Part shown: one piece after another, positions 51,151 through 61,098 of the stretch
Numbering within the stretch: position 1 is the stretch's first letter
Layout of the letters: each line of letters begins with the position of its first letter
NCBI GenBank assembly: GCA_000002435.2
Contig: CM018793.1
DNA length: 64,000 nucleotides
DNA from: Giardia intestinalis
Lineage: Eukaryota
Reading direction: 5' to 3' (one strand)
Made by a program: the position numbers and the translations under genes
Notes under the pieces: generated by a model
What the model was told of the DNA's origin: nothing
Databases searched by the model: none
The model's input: the letters and a program-made list of their open reading frames with translations, nothing else

Positions 51151-53738
51151 TTGATATTATGCTGCTGGACTCGTCTGGGTGTGGTCCAGAGGTCTCACGA
51201 GTGGCCCTCGCTCAATTCCTGACCAATCCAGACGAGGGTTGGTTTTGGATAACATAACGAAAGATTCCCACCCATCAGTACATCCAGAGCCTAGCGCCTT
51301 CCCTGGTCGCTCTGTGGGTGTGTGCTCAGACCGAATGCGTACTTCGGTCCTTTCGGGGTTCAGGCCTTCTTACGGACTCTCTGGTCCACCAGTGGCGCCT
51401 CTTCTTGGTCTTCCTTCGTGGCGGGTGAAGCTCCGGTCGCTGTCTTTTTTAGATGCCCCGTCCGCCAGGGGCTGCCATCGGGCTCTCCGCTGGCTGGGCC
51501 CTCGGTGTCCGGGCAGCTGTGGCTCGAGTCAGTGCTCCCACGGTCGCGGTCACGTAGGTCTCAGTGGGCCGGCTGGTGGGTGAGGCAGGGGTATGGGGCG
51601 GTGAGGCTGGTGGGGACTGGTGGGGGCTGAGGTGGGGGGTGTCTGTATGTGCCTCTGGTCCCTCGATAGACTGGGGTGATCATAGCTGTGGTGACTGGGG
51701 GCTGTCCATCTGTGACTCACCCCTCTGTGTGCTCGTGGTCTGTGAGTGCCTCCACCCAGACAACCCTCAGGAGCCGTGCACACCAGACAGAGAGGATGAC
51801 CAAGGGGAGTCAAGTATCCCTGCCATGAGGGTGCACAGCAGCCAGCCTGGGCTGCATGGCCTGCTCAAGCGATGTAGTGACAGACGACTCCCTCTGACAG
51901 CAGCCCTGGTGACTGCACTGGTCTGCTCTCGAGGCTGAGTGACAGTGTGCACAGATGGACATGAGTGTAGGAGGGCCATCCACACACGGACAGACTGTGT
52001 GGACCCAGAGAGGACTGGAGTCTGCTCGGGACACGCTGACTGTAGACCTCATGCGAGAGCCCCAGACAGCCACCCGAGAGGCAGTGACAGACACGGGCAC
52101 CAGAGATCCCTAGCCAGACACATTGCTATGCTCATCCACAGGGGCATCAGAGGGCCAGGTGGAGTCACCCTCACAGTCAGGGCCTGGTAGGAAGCCAGAG
52201 GACTCACGCAGCACAGCAGAGCAGGCCCAAGGGAGGCACACTCCAGGCAGGTGAGCAGTGGCAGAGCCCTGACAGCTGCCAGCCCCCATGACACCCAGGC
52301 AGGCACCAGACTCACCGAAGACTCCGCTGGCCTCCATCGATGACCCGAGGGGGCAGCGACCAGAGGAGTGAGGAGGCCTTCGGACACCACAAGAGGCCCG
52401 GCTGTCCAGCAGGCGATGGAGCACAGGTGACCTCTGAGCACCACAAAGGCACAGGAGCCGACCATCAGAGTGATGCCCGATCACAGAGACGACCACGAGC
52501 ACCCTCCACCCACTCTGAGGGGCTGTCGATCATCCCACTGCCTCTCATAGCAGACCTCCTTGGAGGCAGTGCAGTGGGTGGCCCAGCTCATGCACGCCTC
52601 CCTCAGTATAGGGTGCCCCGACTCTCCCCGAGAAGTCATCAGAGCCACGAGGAGGGGTCAAGGTCCTGGTGGACCACATCGGGAACTCCTCGAGGGCACA
52701 GCAGGTGAGGTATGGGTAACCATCAGCGTGCTCCTCTCTGCATGATAGAGCATCCTGAGACCAAGGAGGATCACCTCTGCCTACGGACGACACACAGCGC
52801 TCCACAACGAGGACCCACCAGGAGCAGCACAGCTGACCACGGAGACAGTGCAGTCACTGGTGCCCCACCATGCCAGTCTTCTGAGCCATCACACTAGAGG
52901 CACGAGAGAACCCCATCCCATCCACAGGGTCATCCACACCCCTGCTGGTCCCAGGCGAACTACCGTCGAGGCACTGGACAGGGCATGCCAGGGGGCTCAG
53001 CAGACACGCACAGAGCAACAGGAGAGGCTGCGATGGCCTGCCTCAGTCCTCACGTACCGGCCAGGCAGAGAGGCAGTACTGCCCGAGGCATGCAGGGGCC
53101 AGGGAGGCACTCAGTCAGGGGGACACGACACGATCGTCGGTGCCTGTGTCTTGGAGTGCAACGAAGGCTGGGGATCAGACACAACCACCTTAGCAAACAG
53201 AGCGGGGATCACCCCAATGACCCACCGAACCCAGGGGCACATACAGACACCCCCCACCTCAGCCCCCACCAGTCCCCACCAGCCTCACCGCCCCATACCC
53301 CTGCCTCACCCACCAGCCGGCCCACTGAGACCTACGTGACCGCGACCGTGGGAGCACTGACTCGAGCCACAGCTGCCCGGACACCGAGGGCCCAGCCAGC
53401 GGAGAGCCCGATGGCAGCCCCTGGCGGACGGGGCATCTAAAAAAGACAGCGACCGGAGCTTCACCCGCCACGAAGGAAGACCAAGAAGAGGCGCCACTGG
53501 TGGACCAGAGAGTCCGTAAGAAGGCCTGAACCCCGAAAGGACCGAAGTACGCATTCGGTCTGAGCACACACCCACAGAGCGACCAGGGAAGGCGCTAGGC
53601 TCTGGATGTACTGATGGGTGGGAATCTTTCGTTATGTTATCCAAAACCAACCCTCGTCTGGATTGGTCAGGAATTGAGCGAGGGCCACTCGTGAGACCTC
53701 TGGACCACACCCAGACGAGTCCAGCAGCATAATATCAA

Positions 53739-55461
53739 AGGCCACGAAGTACTTGTCGCTTGCTGCTTCTGTGAAAATGCCACCATCTGCTCTCTTGCAC
53801 ATGTAACTGTTGGGTAGGTCTACTACCTGGTGGTACCGCCTGTAGATAAGAAGCATCCCTGATTGTAAGACTCACAGACAGGATTATCACAAGTATTTCC
53901 GTTTGTACTGTTTTTATTAACACGCTTCCCATCATTTGGCACGTTATCTGCTCCTCTGCCGAATGAGAGCAGTGAAGCTCCTTTCCATTAGCATCGATTA
54001 CTATAGCATCACAAGAGCCGGAGGTACCTCTACATGAAGTCTCGTCCTCGCATACCTTCGCGCACGTTGCTCCCTGTAACGTGTAGCCGATCTTGCAGCG
54101 GTCGCGGCTGGCCGGACCTGGGGTGGTTGGAGTTATGCAAGAGAGGCAGCCCTCAACGCTGACATAAGTATTCTCAGCCGCCTTCGCATCACACTTAATG
54201 CACTTTCCTTCATCTATCCCGGTTAAAAGTCACTCTTGCATGGATATTTTACACTTATCCACTAGTGTTTTTTCAGAGCACACGGCACAGTTAGCATCAC
54301 AGGTCTTGCAAGCGTCTTCTAAATAAAATCCAGACAGACATTCTGAGCAGGTTGAAGCTGCATCATCCCTTTCTTTTTTGCACCTACCACAATCCTTAAG
54401 TCCTTTATTAGGTGGACTGCTAGTATTAGTCTTGTCATCGCTACAAAGAAGACACTTATTTCTAGCTTGATTTAGAAAGTGGGATCCGTCGACGTTATCT
54501 GTTGCGCACCCATTTGCATCTACACAAGTGGTTGTCCCGTCAAGCTCTGTCTTCACCTTCTTATCACTACAAGCGGTGCACTTTGGCTTCTTGGTCACTG
54601 GATTATATTCACACGCGGTGCACCCAGTTATTGTACTACATGCCTTGCACGTTCTGGTAGCTTCGTCAGCATACTTATCATTGCCACTTCCACAGATATC
54701 AGCACATTGATCCCCATCGAGATACTTCCCGGCCTTACAAAAGGTACAATGGGCCGCATCAGTCTCACAGGTCAGGCAAGCTTCATCACACCTTTCACAT
54801 GTCTGAGAGTTCTTGTAGTATCCATCTTGACAGGCAGTGCATGTAGCTGCTCCTGCACTCTGTGGTGCCTGACACTGTATGCAGTTAGCCACTCCCTTAT
54901 ATCCATTTGCTCCCGTGGCATCATGACAGAGTATGCACTCACTACCCTTCTCTGATGGTGCAGCCGGGTTCTTGAACAGGCCGTTATCTGCCTTACAAGC
55001 AGTGCATACTCCATCCTTGGCTGCTGTGCATATGTCACTGCCAGGGTGTGCATCCTTGTTGTAGCATCCGCCCATGAAGAGGAGGTACCCATCGCCGCAC
55101 TTTCCACAGGTGGTTGCCGTCTTGTCGAGGGCAGCCCCGTCTGCTTTGGTGCACCCGGCTGCCGCGGCCTGGATGGAGCCGGGGGGCCAGCAGAAGCCGT
55201 CGACCGGGACGCCCCGGCCCTGCACTGGGTGCAGATCTCTGTGCTACCGACCGTCTCGCACTTGTCTGTCTGGCAGGTCGCTGTATGGTTCCCATCTGAT
55301 CGGCAGGTCACTGCGATGGTGCTCACCACCAACAGGGGTATCAGTAGAAAGGCTGTGGTGTGGACCGGATTGCGTGCAGCGGGTGGGGGTGCCCGGCGGC
55401 CTCCTCTCTGAGACTCCCACTCCGAGGGCTGCCCCAGGAGGGAGCTCGGTAGTGAACACAT
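53739..55461 (-). pseudogene. Inverted duplicate of the VSP pseudogene
   Basis: Mirror of 49428..51150. Confidence 0.8.
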
Positions 55462-55682
55462 CTACTGCCTACTTGCTTGCTCTGGCCTGCTGAGGTAGCT
55501 ACCTTTGCTCTCTCAACTGGTCGCTTACTCGCCGCGTGCTTTAGCCATTACAGATGCGTTTAGGTAACTGTACGCACAGTAGGCGGGAGGTCCTCATGAG
55601 GTCTCGGCGCAGTGTGGGCCGATGCACCTGAGCCCGCTCCCTGTAATGATATGATGGCCGTTTTCTCGGGCCGGGCGAAAAG

Positions 55683-55753
55683 TGCATCAACCGGGACTCG
55701 GACCCGGCTCTCTTGCTTGGCAAGCAAGCATTCTACCCCTAAACCATTGATGC
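55683..55753 (-). tRNA. tRNA-Gly, anticodon GCC, the inverted duplicate
   Basis: Exact reverse complement of 49136..49206. Confidence 0.9.
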
Positions 55754-55808
55754 GCGGGAGCGCCAACACATACAGTACAAGCGCTTCTGTGTTTGCAGGT
55801 TGTGCTGT

Positions 55809-57800
55809 TTACTTCTGGACTCGGAGCGCCTGCTCCGCCGCGATCCGCGCCGCCACGCGCCCGATCTCTGCGCCTGCCCAGACCAGCGGGGCCTCCGCCT
55901 GCACCTCCCGCCCGTCGAGCAGGCCCCCGAGCCGGACCTCTGCCGCCCCGAGCAGCCGCGTCCCGGCCGCGCCCGCCCCGTAGGCCTCGACCCGCGCGCC
56001 CCGCGTCTCCACGTAGAGCCCGAAGAGGGGGCTTTGTGTAACAGAGAGGTTCCGCGCTACAAATTCTAGTTCCAGCTGAAGTTGCCGTCGAGTTCCATTG
56101 AATTCTATGGCACGAGATACGAGAGGCTGAAAGTCCCAGAAATGCACAACGATGAATATATAGTGTGTGTTCTCCAAGGCATCTGCGGGGAGAAGATCTC
56201 GTTTGAGGTAGAGATTTGATATAGATATTTCATATGTAAGTTCATCGGCATCCTTGTCTGTATCTATAGAAAACAATTCTTCCGACTGATTTTGCTCGAT
56301 TATGCTGGACTTAACTGAAATATCAACGGTGTCTGCCATCTGGATACTAGGCTCTGGATCAACAAACTGGACAACATTATGGAGCTGCTGCTCTGACTGC
56401 TGAGTAACACTAGGATTGCTGGGAGTAGGCCCCGGTATATTACCGGGTAGGTGTTGTAAAGCATACCCTTGATGATGAGTGTTTGTCTCCATCACTGGAA
56501 ATGCTCTGATTGGGTCAGGCAGCTCACAGAAAGGCATGCTTAACTGCTCACAATCGTGCGGATCAACGGTCTCTCCACTTGCAATAAGGCGTGCTTGATA
56601 CTCCTCTAACATAATCTTGCACATCTTCATCCGCGCCGAAAATTGATCAGCGTCTGCTTGGCGTCGGGTCCTAAGCTCCAAGAGGGCTCTCCTTCCATCC
56701 CCAACTTGTTTGGTCAAGAGGTCTATTTCTGTTTGCTTTTGCTTCAGATCTTGCTTAAGTTCATTCTTTTCTTTGTCATGACGTGCAGCCTCCGTAGCAA
56801 GTGCAAGAGAGTGCTTTTCAGCCTGAAGATCTATATTGCTGTCGGCCTGCTTTCGTTCTGAGGCAAGCTTGCTCTCGTATTCAGTCCGTAAGCGCGAGAG
56901 TTCATAGGTGGACTTTTCTGTCAATTGTGATATCTGCGCCTTACTTTCTGCCTGAAGCACCTCATACTGTGCATGGATCGTGGCGCATTCCTTTCGTGTG
57001 GCCTCCAACTCTGCAGTGAGCCTTGCTATTTCCAAAGCCTTGGAGTCAAGTTCCTTCCTAAACTCTGCATTTGCTGATGCGCGACTATTGTCATCCGTTG
57101 TCCTGAGCTTGTCATAGAGCCGTTCATTTTCCAGCTTGAGTCTATTGTGTGCATCCTTGATTACAGCTAATTCAGTAGACGCCTGGGCTAGTTGCGCCTT
57201 TAGATCTGTTGCGTTTTTGTCACTAAGATAGCTAGTAGAGCTGAGTTCAGACTTCAATTTGATGTTTTCTGCCTGCAACTCGTCATTATCTTTCTCCATT
57301 TTTGTATGTAGCTCCTTTGCCCGCCCAACCTCCTCCTGCATGCTTAGGGCAGACTTTTCGCTCTGTTCTAACTGGGACGTCAACTCAGCGATCCTTTGCG
57401 TTTTACTTTCATCAGACTTGCGTAGTAATTCGTACTGCTCACGAAGGTAGATCAGATTTCGGTACAAGTCACCATATTTGGAGGTTAAGGATGCTAGCTC
57501 AGCCTTGACTGAAATAAGCTTTTCTTCCGCGCTACCAATCTCTGCCAAGGCTCTGCGATCGGATTTTCCTTGCGCGGATATGGACGAATTGTCTGTATCA
57601 GAATCTGCAAAATAGTTGCACAGTTCGCGCCGGACAGCCATGTGGGCCTCATTTTCAACCTTCAGCTTCCTCTTAAGCCCTATGATTACATGCTTCAGCA
57701 TTTTGACTTGGGCATGTACGTTTGCTGGAAGGAGCTTCTCCAGCTCTGCCAGCTCCTGTATGTCGTCGGTAGACAGGTCGCTCATAATGGAGCTGGCCAT
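55809..57800 (-). CDS. Coiled-coil protein (663 aa). Its last 72 codons are encoded by inverted-repeat sequence
   Basis: The start was set to the ATG (rc) at 57798-57800, MASSIMSDL. The track start 57950 is TTG and would overlap the divergent gene. The body is heptad-rich and K/E/L-rich. The tail GLYVETRGARVEAYGAGAAG...RVQK comes from about 80% GC repeat DNA. Confidence 0.75.
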   Translation of the reverse strand: MASSIMSDLSTDDIQELAELEKLLPANVHAQVKMLKHVIIGLKRKLKVENEAHMAVRRELCNYFADSDTDNSSISAQGKSDRRALAEIGSAEEKLISVKAELASLTSKYGDLYRNLIYLREQYELLRKSDESKTQRIAELTSQLEQSEKSALSMQEEVGRAKELHTKMEKDNDELQAENIKLKSELSSTSYLSDKNATDLKAQLAQASTELAVIKDAHNRLKLENERLYDKLRTTDDNSRASANAEFRKELDSKALEIARLTAELEATRKECATIHAQYEVLQAESKAQISQLTEKSTYELSRLRTEYESKLASERKQADSNIDLQAEKHSLALATEAARHDKEKNELKQDLKQKQTEIDLLTKQVGDGRRALLELRTRRQADADQFSARMKMCKIMLEEYQARLIASGETVDPHDCEQLSMPFCELPDPIRAFPVMETNTHHQGYALQHLPGNIPGPTPSNPSVTQQSEQQLHNVVQFVDPEPSIQMADTVDISVKSSIIEQNQSEELFSIDTDKDADELTYEISISNLYLKRDLLPADALENTHYIFIVVHFWDFQPLVSRAIEFNGTRRQLQLELEFVARNLSVTQSPLFGLYVETRGARVEAYGAGAAGTRLLGAAEVRLGGLLDGREVQAEAPLVWAGAEIGRVAARIAAEQALRVQK

Positions 57801-57826
57801 TTTTATGCTGAGAGCAAAAATTAGAA
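57801..57826. promoter_or_regulatory. 26-bp AT-rich spacer between divergent ATGs (57800 on the minus strand, 57827 on the plus strand), a putative bidirectional initiator region
   Basis: The sequence is TTTTATGCTGAGAGCAAAAATTAGAA. Giardia promoters are short AT-rich elements next to the ATG. Confidence 0.45.
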
Positions 57827-60800
57827 ATGGACGAATCTCACAGTGATCAACTACTGGATTATAGTGACGCAGTGCGCAGGATTTTATCAGCAAGTAGGTC
57901 ATCACTAGACCGTTCTGGTCGCCTTCATCAAAGGAGCCTTCCCATGACAACCGAAGACAGTTCCTGGCAAGGCGGAGCAGCAGCCTTGCAGGATTCTTTG
58001 GACGAGCCTCGCACCATCCCTCCAGTAGCAGAAGGCTCGCAGAAGCCTAATACAGCCGATGGCTATCTAACCTCATCTATGTTGGAGTTAGCAAACTCTA
58101 TGATCCACCAACCACGCCAATCTCCTGTTGTCGAGATTTTATCTCAAGCGCGACTAGAGATAGAAAGAAATCGTCAAGAAATCGACTTGCTACGCGCAAG
58201 CCTGTCTACAAAAGACAAACGGGTGACAAGCTTAGAGCATGAGCTGGATGCGTCCAGACAGCTTGCTTCCTCACTAACAGATCAGCTCAAAGCGCAGATC
58301 CAGGTTGCATCATCGGGATCTGTGCACGATCCAGTGCTACTAGCATACTCATTTAGTATGCAGACAATAGGCCCTGCTGTCTTGGATACTGGGCTCCAGG
58401 CGGATAACTTGAATGATAACACAGATCACAAGGAAGTAGAGAGATTGCAAGCAAAATTAGAGCAGATTACAAGTGAATATGAGGCACTGAAGATGGAGCA
58501 TGAAGACTCCCAGCTGAGGTTGGCGTCGGCCAAAAGCGAGAACGAATTCACTTCATTCAAAGCATTCCTCGAGTACAATCAACTGAAAACTGCACACGAA
58601 AATGCACTTACGCAGATCAATGCTGTCGAAACAGAAAACAGCCTGATGGATCATCAGGTGAAAGAGCTGACCTCTCAGCTTGAGATACTAAAAGAGGAGA
58701 ACGGCAAGCTTCTTTCTAAGGTGTCGGCCCTCGAAACAGAAGCTCTAAGCATACAGACACGGTATGACTCTGTCAAGGAGCAGAGCAGCATCTTGTGCAC
58801 GGAGAGTAAAAAGGTCGAGGAGTTGCTTAAGCAGCGAATAAACAATTGTCTGGATGAGTTGGTAGCAGCACGAACAGAAAGTGCAGAAAAGTCAAGTCGA
58901 CTTGACGATTGCACAAATGCATACATGAAAAAGTCAGAAGAGTTAGCAGCGGAGACGCAGCGATTCAAATCGCTGTTGCAGGAAGCTGCAGATTCCAACG
59001 AGCAGCTTGTAAGCCAGTGCAGAGACTTGGAAGAACGCTTGGCCAAGCAACAGACAGCGCATACGTCCGCAAGCAACGCTGTTAGTACAGCGCTGGTAGA
59101 GGCACAAAAGGGTAAAGAGGCACTTGAAAGCGAAGTAAGCGATGTACGCACGGCGCTCAGTCAAGCCATGGATGCGATAGAAGTTCTGAAAGCCGAAAAT
59201 GCTTCTTTACGGAAGAATACGGAGAAGAGCAACATATCAATAGCTGCACGGATGGATGCGGCCATATTAGCAAACAAGGCCAGTTTCGAGCTGCGAATAG
59301 CTCAACTAGAAAGAGAATTGGACGGAGCCCGCTCCGAGACATCTGTAGTCAATATAAAGCTCGCAACCCAGACAGCGCTAGTGGGGCAATCTCAGAAGGA
59401 AATTGACATTCTTAAAATATCCTTAGCAACGGCAGAAAATACTATTTCAACGCTGCAGCAAGCACTGGCCACATATACCGAGGAGGGGAACCTTAAACAG
59501 CAATATGATGCAACAACAGAGCAAAATGTAAAGCTCGCTGAAAGGGTTAAAGAGCTAGAAGTAGAACTGGATAAGCGGAAAACAAAGGAGCACGCCCTGA
59601 GCAAAGACCTCGAGTTTCTTAAAGAAAGCGCTGATAACTTGGCGAGAAAATGTGAACGTAGAGGTTCAGCCAAGTCTGAGCTACAGAATGCACTAAAAGA
59701 AAGGGATGCACAGTTGTCAGAGAAGGCTGTAGAGTTAGAAGTTCAAAAGTCCGAGTTTTCTGCACAGATTGCCCTATTGGAGGCTCACGCTCAGAGCGAT
59801 GCAGAACAACTGCGGAAGCTTAGCTTAGAAAAGGAAGAGCTGAACTCACAAATAAACGGCCTGAAGCAAGATGTTGCCAAACTCCAGATAGAGTTGGACA
59901 AAAAGGACATACAAACAGAGCAGGCCCGCACAAATACTATCAATACCATTAACTCCATATCGGCTGAGAACAAGTCACTTCTTCTCCGCCTTGAGCAAGC
60001 CACTGATGAGACATCCCGGTTACAACTGTCCAGCCAAAAGGCCACCACAGACATCATTCACCTTAAGCAAGAGATGGAGCAGCTCAGACAAGAGAATTCA
60101 GGCCTTCGCATGGAGTTAAAGGAGGCACTTACAAATAAGAACAAAATAGAAGCCCAAGCGAATGCTGATGTTGATGCATTGACTGCACGGATAAGTGAGA
60201 TGGTTAATGAAAGAAATGCTTACGAAAAAGAGCGACAGGAGCTGATGACTCTGTTAGAAGACAAGGAGTCGAGTCTGGACGCTGCACAGATAACAATTTC
60301 CAGCCAGATAAGCCACAAAAGGATCGCAGAGTCTTTATGCACAGAAAATAGCGCACTCAGGCTAGAACTGGAGCAGATTCGTCTCAACTCTGAACAGCTT
60401 ATTACTGAATCGAGACGGCAAAACGAAGAGTTGCTGCGTAAAAATCATTCCGTGCAACGTGCTCTCAACGAAAAAACACACGCACTTGATATGACGGTAG
60501 GCTTACTGAAGGAAGGCAAAGACACAGTGCAGCAGCTTCAGCAGGAAAAGGATATGCTGTTGAAGAAAATCGCTGAGCAGCAGGGGCTTGTGGGGTCTCT
60601 TCAAAGCAAGCTTGTTGCAAGGGACGCAGAACACGCCTCCCAACTGTTACAACTGGAGCTCCAGACCCAGGAGTATGCAACAGAGCTACGACAACTTACG
60701 GACCTTCACAAGAACTATCGCAAATCCATCGAGGCAGGAGATATCGCGGTCGCAGAAAAGCTTAATGCGCTGGCAGAGATCAATAGGGAGATAAGCCGAA

Positions 60801-61087
60801 GCTCTCATAGCAGAACACCTACATCACTCTCTACCGTAGACAGTATTAACGAGGGTAATTTGAGCAAGTCTACTAGAGCTCCTTTCGCGTCTAACATATC
60901 GAGTAAGCTGGGACTATCAGGGATAGGTGGCCACGGTTTCCGGGCCAAGGAAAAGCCTGCTTCTGCCTCATCAAATTGGGATGCCGTTGCTAGCATAGAT
61001 GAAGAAGTCACGCGGCTCACCATGCTTCGAGAGGAGCTCCAGCGCTCTATGCAGGGCAACAAGCACCCAATAAAGTATACCGAGTGA
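57827..61087 (+). CDS. Large coiled-coil protein (1086 aa)
   Basis: ATG at 57827. Long uninterrupted heptad-rich ORF. Confidence 0.8.
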   Translation: MDESHSDQLLDYSDAVRRILSASRSSLDRSGRLHQRSLPMTTEDSSWQGGAAALQDSLDEPRTIPPVAEGSQKPNTADGYLTSSMLELANSMIHQPRQSPVVEILSQARLEIERNRQEIDLLRASLSTKDKRVTSLEHELDASRQLASSLTDQLKAQIQVASSGSVHDPVLLAYSFSMQTIGPAVLDTGLQADNLNDNTDHKEVERLQAKLEQITSEYEALKMEHEDSQLRLASAKSENEFTSFKAFLEYNQLKTAHENALTQINAVETENSLMDHQVKELTSQLEILKEENGKLLSKVSALETEALSIQTRYDSVKEQSSILCTESKKVEELLKQRINNCLDELVAARTESAEKSSRLDDCTNAYMKKSEELAAETQRFKSLLQEAADSNEQLVSQCRDLEERLAKQQTAHTSASNAVSTALVEAQKGKEALESEVSDVRTALSQAMDAIEVLKAENASLRKNTEKSNISIAARMDAAILANKASFELRIAQLERELDGARSETSVVNIKLATQTALVGQSQKEIDILKISLATAENTISTLQQALATYTEEGNLKQQYDATTEQNVKLAERVKELEVELDKRKTKEHALSKDLEFLKESADNLARKCERRGSAKSELQNALKERDAQLSEKAVELEVQKSEFSAQIALLEAHAQSDAEQLRKLSLEKEELNSQINGLKQDVAKLQIELDKKDIQTEQARTNTINTINSISAENKSLLLRLEQATDETSRLQLSSQKATTDIIHLKQEMEQLRQENSGLRMELKEALTNKNKIEAQANADVDALTARISEMVNERNAYEKERQELMTLLEDKESSLDAAQITISSQISHKRIAESLCTENSALRLELEQIRLNSEQLITESRRQNEELLRKNHSVQRALNEKTHALDMTVGLLKEGKDTVQQLQQEKDMLLKKIAEQQGLVGSLQSKLVARDAEHASQLLQLELQTQEYATELRQLTDLHKNYRKSIEAGDIAVAEKLNALAEINREISRSSHSRTPTSLSTVDSINEGNLSKSTRAPFASNISSKLGLSGIGGHGFRAKEKPASASSNWDAVASIDEEVTRLTMLREELQRSMQGNKHPIKYTE

Positions 61088-61098
61088 ACAAAAATAAA

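Larger units (their letters stand above)
48864..51651 (+). repeat. Left arm (2788 bp) of the large inverted repeat
   Basis: It is the reverse complement of 53238..56025. Every ORF translation in one arm reappears identically on the opposite strand of the other, and the edges were checked by base-level comparison. Confidence 0.95.
53238..56025 (-). repeat. Right arm (2788 bp) of the large inverted repeat
   Basis: Mirror of 48864..51651 under x' = 104889 - x. Confidence 0.95.

Noticed and set aside
51564-53339. ORFs inside the palindrome spacer and inner arm ends (124, 83, 122, 163, 151 and 134 aa, among others)
   Set aside because: They fall in a T-poor region where stops are rare in several frames at once. 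Their translations are P/S/H/R/G low-complexity, and they overlap one another on both strands.
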